In this document: piece after piece, positions 40,030 to 44,056 of the stretch | Layout: each line of letters opens with the position of its first letter | How positions within the stretch are numbered: the first letter of the stretch is position 1 | Source of the DNA: an uncultured Candidatus Saccharibacteria bacterium | GTDB taxonomy: Bacteria > Patescibacteriota > Minisyncoccia > Phycocordibacterales > GWA1-40-21 | Assembly: GCA_964363425.1 (NCBI GenBank) | Contig: CAYIIG010000001.1 | Coordinates: 1-44,056 of the forward strand | Direction of reading: 5' to 3' | Length of the DNA: 44,056 nucleotides | Translations under genes and position numbers: made by a program | Notes under the pieces: model-generated | The model's database searches: none | Told to the model about the DNA's origin: nothing | The model's input: the letters and a program-made list of their open reading frames with translations, nothing else

Positions 40030-41289
40030 TTATTTCAAATAATTCTCCACGAAACCCGCTAGCTGATTTTCTTCTATTTTTGAAATCTTGCCGGTCGCCC
40101 TTTCTTTTATTTCACAAACACCATCATCCAAATTCTTCTTGCTCACTATAAGTCGAAGCGGTATTCCAATCAAGTCGGAATCTTTGAATTTTTCTCCCGC
40201 TCTCAATTCCCTGTCGTCAAAAAGGACTTCTATCCCGCGATTCGCAAGAATTGAATACACTCGCTCGGATGCTTTTCTCACCTCGGTATTTTCATCGACT
40301 ATTTCCACCAGATGAACGGCAAACGGCGCGACTTTTTTCGGCCAGACTAAGCCATCTTTGTCTGATAAAACTTCCGCAATGGTTCCGACAAGTCGGGTCG
40401 GACCCAGTCCGTAACTTCCCATAACGACAAATTTCTCCTTTCCTTCTTCGTCCAAATACGCCAAGTTTAACGCCTCCGAAAATCTCGTTCCCAAATTAAA
40501 AATATTACCAACCTCTACGGATTTTTTTTCTTTCAAATCGGAAGACTTGCATTTCAGGCACTCTTTTGTGCTTTCAACAACTTCATTATTTATCGCAATC
40601 TTGCATCCATCACAGATGAATATGGTATCCTCCCCAGCTTCTGTAATAGTCTGAAATTCGTCCGAAAACTTACTAAAAGTTCCGCCCGAAGCTGAGGTGA
40701 TATAAGTCATCTCGCCGATACCCACCTTATCGAATATATTCATATAAGCAATCTTGGCTTTTTCGTAAAAAAGGCTGTGTTCTTTTTCATTTCTCGAAAA
40801 TGAATAAAGGTCTTTCATAAGAAATTCCCGTCCTCTCATAATCCCGCTTTTCGCCCTTGTTTCGTTTCGAAATTTTGTCTGTATTTGATAAGGATAAAGA
40901 GGCAAATCGCGAAACGACCTGATGTGGTTTTTCATAAGCGCGGTAAGCGGTTCTTCGTGCGTAAATCCAAGCCCGAGCTCAGTCCCGCTTTTTAACTTGG
41001 TCTTAAACCAATTATCGACGACGGCATCATCCCATCTTCCTGTCTTTTCCCAAAGCTCTTTATCCTGAAGTGTTGTCAAAAGCATTTCCTGCCCGCCGAT
41101 CGCGTTCATCTCTTCGCGAATTATATTATTCACTTTATTGAGAACGCGGAGACCGAGAGGCAAGAAAGAATAAACTCCCGCCATTTCTTTGTGGATAAAA
41201 CCGGCGCGAATCAGCAACTCGGCATTTTTCGACACCTCATCCTTCGGCGCTTCTTTTCTGGTTTTCGACAATAATTGAGATTGCTTCAT
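40030..41289 (-). CDS. proS: Prolyl-tRNA synthetase, short bacterial-type form lacking the INS editing domain
   Basis: 419 aa; class II motifs (LRVLNKV...EMLLTTLQ, FRNETRAKSGIMRGREFLMKD, GSYGLG) and a C-terminal anticodon-binding domain. A CxxC...CxxC segment sits where INS normally lies. Confidence 0.9.
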   Translation of the reverse strand: MKQSQLLSKTRKEAPKDEVSKNAELLIRAGFIHKEMAGVYSFLPLGLRVLNKVNNIIREEMNAIGGQEMLLTTLQDKELWEKTGRWDDAVVDNWFKTKLKSGTELGLGFTHEEPLTALMKNHIRSFRDLPLYPYQIQTKFRNETRAKSGIMRGREFLMKDLYSFSRNEKEHSLFYEKAKIAYMNIFDKVGIGEMTYITSASGGTFSKFSDEFQTITEAGEDTIFICDGCKIAINNEVVESTKECLKCKSSDLKEKKSVEVGNIFNLGTRFSEALNLAYLDEEGKEKFVVMGSYGLGPTRLVGTIAEVLSDKDGLVWPKKVAPFAVHLVEIVDENTEVRKASERVYSILANRGIEVLFDDRELRAGEKFKDSDLIGIPLRLIVSKKNLDDGVCEIKERATGKISKIEENQLAGFVENYLK

Positions 41290-41297
41290 AAATATAA

Positions 41298-42794
41298 TTA
41301 TTTAGTGAAATTAAATAATTCCAAAAATTTTCTAAAGTAAGTTTTCCAATCATTCGTGACCGCGGAAGATGTGGAGTATGATAATCTTGGTGAAGATGAA
41401 CTTGCAACCTCCAGTGAAAAACTGTTACTCAAAGGAATATTAGTGTCTGTTTGTTTAACACTGACAGTATGGGAACCTAAACTCACACCAAGCGGAATAA
41501 CAAAACTAATTGTATTTGGTGTTAAAGAAAAAGGCTTGATATTTACCCAATTACCGCTTTCCGCGTCAAGAACAACGAAAGAGTCTTTTTCAAAATGAAA
41601 GCCTTGAATATACACAGGATTACCATAGGTGATTTCTCCTGGAACAAGGCTGTAAATAAACGGCTGATGCTGCGCAGAAATAGTAAATGGGGCATCAGAT
41701 TCATCCACAACGCCATCTCCAAAAATTTCTATTTTAAAATTAGAATTTCCCAAAAAATCGGGTGGAATAGTCCACTCATAAGAGCCTGTGTTAGGCACAT
41801 TCCCAATACCCAATACGCTGTTATTCTCTCGTAAAAGATTCAGTCCAACATAAGTGGGCTTATCACCATAAGGTGTCCATTTTATCCAATAACTCTCGCC
41901 CGCCTCAAACATCTCGCCACCATTCGGCGAAAGAATCGTAATTGACGTGGTTATTGGAACAAACCTGCCAGCTTCGCAAATATATCCCTCTGGCGCAAAA
42001 ACACCATTTGCGCCCAGTCTCCCATCTGACTCAATATAGGCCTCATTAAGAGATTTTTCACTAGAACAATGGTCGTAAAAAATTGTGAAATTATCGGATG
42101 TCGATTTGCATGAAGTTGGATCAGGCTCTACTCCATACAGACACGAAACACTTCCTCCCGCATATGTACCCTTGCCTACACCTGTAATAAATAAGTCAGG
42201 ATTTTTTTCCGGCGTAATTGGAAGGGGATCATTAATGTGAGTGTAATCAGGACTATTATCAGAATCAGTTGCGGTTATGTCAGTCTCTTTGCATCCATAC
42301 AAGTAATTTAATTTATCCCTTGTGGATTGACCGACGAAGCCGTTGCCATATTGAAGATTATTTGGAATTAAAATCTCGTATTTGTATTTCATTTGAAAAC
42401 CTGAAACCAAAGAAGCGAGTTTTTCGTCAAAATAAGCCGTCGGTTCTTGTTCATTTGTTTCAATTATTCCAGTGTCAAAGCCATCTTTCTGCAAAGCGAT
42501 TTGAAGATTGTAGACATCGTTGTTTTCATCTCCTGTGTTTAAATTATTATCGAAATTGTAACACCATCGAGATGAATCATTCTGCAAATTGGCAAGGTGT
42601 TTTTGAAAAAAATCAATTAGAGCTTGAGTCTTTTCTGCTTCGCTCGGGGAAGGTAGGTCTGAAATATCAGCAAAAGAAAAATTTGGAATAACAGAAAATC
42701 CTGCCATCACCATAACCATCATCAAGAAAAAAAACTTGACGCAATTTAATTTTATAAAATAATTTATTTTCGTCGACAATCGAGATTGCTTCAT
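41298..42794 (-). CDS. Secreted multi-domain protein (PG-binding-like, Kre9/KNH-like and IPT/TIG-like segments)
   Basis: 498 aa; hydrophobic signal FFFLMMVMVMAGFSVIPNFSFA. VYNLQIALQKDGFDTG is PG_binding_1-like. ITILSPNGGEMFEAGESYWIKW...GSYEWTIP is Kre9/KNH-like. IYSLVPGEITYGNPVYIQGFHF is IPT-like. The first 9 codons copy the proS start. Confidence 0.7.
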   Translation of the reverse strand: MKQSRLSTKINYFIKLNCVKFFFLMMVMVMAGFSVIPNFSFADISDLPSPSEAEKTQALIDFFQKHLANLQNDSSRWCYNFDNNLNTGDENNDVYNLQIALQKDGFDTGIIETNEQEPTAYFDEKLASLVSGFQMKYKYEILIPNNLQYGNGFVGQSTRDKLNYLYGCKETDITATDSDNSPDYTHINDPLPITPEKNPDLFITGVGKGTYAGGSVSCLYGVEPDPTSCKSTSDNFTIFYDHCSSEKSLNEAYIESDGRLGANGVFAPEGYICEAGRFVPITTSITILSPNGGEMFEAGESYWIKWTPYGDKPTYVGLNLLRENNSVLGIGNVPNTGSYEWTIPPDFLGNSNFKIEIFGDGVVDESDAPFTISAQHQPFIYSLVPGEITYGNPVYIQGFHFEKDSFVVLDAESGNWVNIKPFSLTPNTISFVIPLGVSLGSHTVSVKQTDTNIPLSNSFSLEVASSSSPRLSYSTSSAVTNDWKTYFRKFLELFNFTK

Positions 42795-42851
42795 ATTTAA
42801 AATTATACAGGAAAAAACAATCCGGTCAAAAAATCTTGAGGAAATTCCATA

Positions 42852-42993
42852 TTGTGACCCTACAGAGAATTTCGGTTCTTACAGAACCAGTACCCGCGTT
42901 TGGATACTTTCACCGCTCAAGAGAGCTCGAAAGTATGCTCAAACAGGCTTCGATTCTCTGGCGCCCCGATGTCCATCGGGACTTAGGATCACA
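42852..42993 (-). ncRNA. Highly structured tRNA-Glu-derived element (candidate ncRNA, tRNA pseudogene or insertion scar)
   Basis: Begins with a 19-nt copy of the tRNA-Glu 3' end. The ends pair (42853-62 with 42984-93; the single non-Watson-Crick pair is G-U only on the minus-strand RNA). 42863-70 pairs with 42953-60. Three internal hairpins: 42874-88, 42904-36 and 42965-80. Confidence 0.4.
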
Positions 42994-43026
42994 AAACAAC
43001 TTCGTCTGATGACGAGATTTATTTTG

Positions 43027-43098
43027 TGACCCTACAGAGAATCGAACTCTGATTTAAGCCTTGAGAAGGCTTCGTCCTAGCCGTTAGACGATAGGGCC
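43027..43098 (-). tRNA. tRNA-Glu (anticodon CUC), CCA not encoded
   Basis: The reverse complement is GGCCCTA-TC-GTCT-AACGGCTA-GGAC-G-AAGCC-TTCTCAA-GGCTT-AAAT-CAGAG-TTCGATT-CTCTG-TAGGGTC-A, a canonical cloverleaf. Confidence 0.9.
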
Positions 43099-43219
43099 GT
43101 TTTATAAAAGCTGTTAGCTAATAGCTTTCAGATGAGAGAATATCATTTTTTATAGAAAAGTAAAAAAACTTTTCTGTTTTCCTCTACAAGCTAACAGCTA
43201 TCAGCCAAAAGCTATCTCC

Positions 43220-44056
43220 CTACCTCTCCTCCCACTCTTTTTCCTGCCGAACTAAGAGATGTTCTTTCTCTTCCGGATTAGCCATAATTTCTTCAACTAC
43301 TTTTTCCATTCTTACTGATTGGGAACCTTTCACGAGAATTACATCTCTTTCAGAAATCAAATTTTGCAGATAAGATCCCGCTTCTTCCGAAGAATCAAAT
43401 TGAAGAACATCCTTCTCTCTCATCCCGTTCTGAAGAGCGCCTTCAGCAATTCCGCGAGCTCTGGTTCCGACAGCGACAAGGAGATGGCACGATCGTGAGA
43501 CGATAGCGCCCGCTTCTTTGTGTGATGATACGGAATAACTCCCGAGCTCGAGCATATCTCCAAGAACCGCAATCTTCCTTCTTGCCCCTTCTATCGTCTG
43601 TAAAGTCCTCAAAGCCTCTTCAAGAGCCACAGGCGACGAATTATAAGTATCATCGATAATAATCGAATTTTTTATTCCTTTTATAAGCTTCATTCTACCT
43701 AGAGGAGTATCATGATTTCGTAAAGTTTTCGCCATCTTATCAACGTTCAATCCTTGCGACAAACCGACTGCGATTGCTGATAGCGCCGGATATATATGAT
43801 GATTTCCTATGATACCCATAATGACAACTTGAGCGCTTTTTCCATCAGATTCGACTTTAAATTGAATTCCCGTTGGAAACTTGCCATTCTTATCTATTCC
43901 ATAAAGAATGCGATAATTCGTTCCGAAAATATCCGCTCCTCCGTTTGTTCCATAAGTGATGACTTTGTTTTCAGTTTTGTTTATAAATGAACGCACATCT
44001 TCATCATCATTATTTAAAACAAGAATGCCATCTGCTTTTAGCGATTTAATCAGAGA
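43220..44056 (-). CDS. murF: UDP-N-acetylmuramoyl-tripeptide--D-alanyl-D-alanine ligase, C-terminal part; gene continues past the right edge
   Basis: The frame stays open to 44056 (SLIKSLKADGILVLNNDDEDVRSFINK...). Mur-ligase central and C-terminal motifs are present (IIDDTYNSSP, AVLGDMLELG, LVKGSQSVRME). Confidence 0.88.
   Translation of the reverse strand, partial: SLIKSLKADGILVLNNDDEDVRSFINKTENKVITYGTNGGADIFGTNYRILYGIDKNGKFPTGIQFKVESDGKSAQVVIMGIIGNHHIYPALSAIAVGLSQGLNVDKMAKTLRNHDTPLGRMKLIKGIKNSIIIDDTYNSSPVALEEALRTLQTIEGARRKIAVLGDMLELGSYSVSSHKEAGAIVSRSCHLLVAVGTRARGIAEGALQNGMREKDVLQFDSSEEAGSYLQNLISERDVILVKGSQSVRMEKVVEEIMANPEEKEHLLVRQEKEWEER

Noticed and set aside
42852-42993. Possibility that the structured element is a functional tRNA (for example intron-containing or long-arm)
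   Set aside because: No D arm or anticodon arm with a 7-nt loop can be drawn. The T loop is inverted and interrupted by about 90 nt. Only acceptor-like and T-stem-like helices remain.
1-44056. CRISPR arrays, rRNA genes, integrase/transposase/reverse-transcriptase genes, and DGR template/variable repeat pairs
   Set aside because: There are no regularly spaced direct repeats, and the palindromes are singletons of unrelated sequence. No ORF has recombinase or RT motifs. The tandem repeats in the 941-aa gene are in-frame domain repeats, not TR/VR pairs.

Overview
The window is low-GC, gene-dense and largely lacks Shine-Dalgarno (SD) sites. Its content resembles a reduced-genome bacterium of the Candidate Phyla Radiation (Patescibacteria/Parcubacteria-like); that placement is inference from gene content only. 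The standard genetic code fits, with TGA as stop. Most genes are housekeeping. Cell-envelope genes include ldcA-like, mraY-ftsW-murG, an M23 peptidase, mltG, dgkA-like, mreB-mreC-mreD-mrdA and a partial murF. Translation genes include gltX, lysS, proS, mnmA, greA, tRNA-Arg(CCU) and tRNA-Glu(CUC). Others are ndk, a glutaredoxin, a DsbA-like protein and a UvrD-type helicase fused to a Cas4/AddB-like nuclease. The stand-out region is a seven-gene, same-strand locus at about 25.4-35.2 kb that encodes only secreted or membrane-anchored proteins. It holds two membrane-anchored cohesin-like proteins, a dockerin protein with Cys-rich repeats, and a signal-peptide plus C-terminal-TM beta-sandwich protein. 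It also holds an FG-GAP beta-propeller/cadherin-like adhesin, a small secreted subunit, and a 941-aa repeat protein whose C-terminal domain is a paralog of that subunit. The small subunit gene is interrupted by a 9-nt G/C homopolymer tract, so it may be phase-variable. I read the locus as an undescribed surface attachment or fibre apparatus. Other signals are listed here. (1) A MITE-like palindromic repeat family (TGTCATTCC...GGGAATCCAG...GGAATGACA) has at least five copies, one translated into the mnmA 5' end. (2) Several perfect 17-19 bp palindromes occur, two of them read through by a methyltransferase ORF. (3) A roughly 20-codon ligA relic is present. (4) The tRNA-Glu 3' end is duplicated, enclosing a highly structured element of about 140 nt. 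(5) The proS 5' end is duplicated around a single secreted-protein gene. (6) There is an ATP-cone/Mrr-nuclease fusion and an orphan MazF-like toxin. No CRISPR array, rRNA, integrase or transposase gene was seen.
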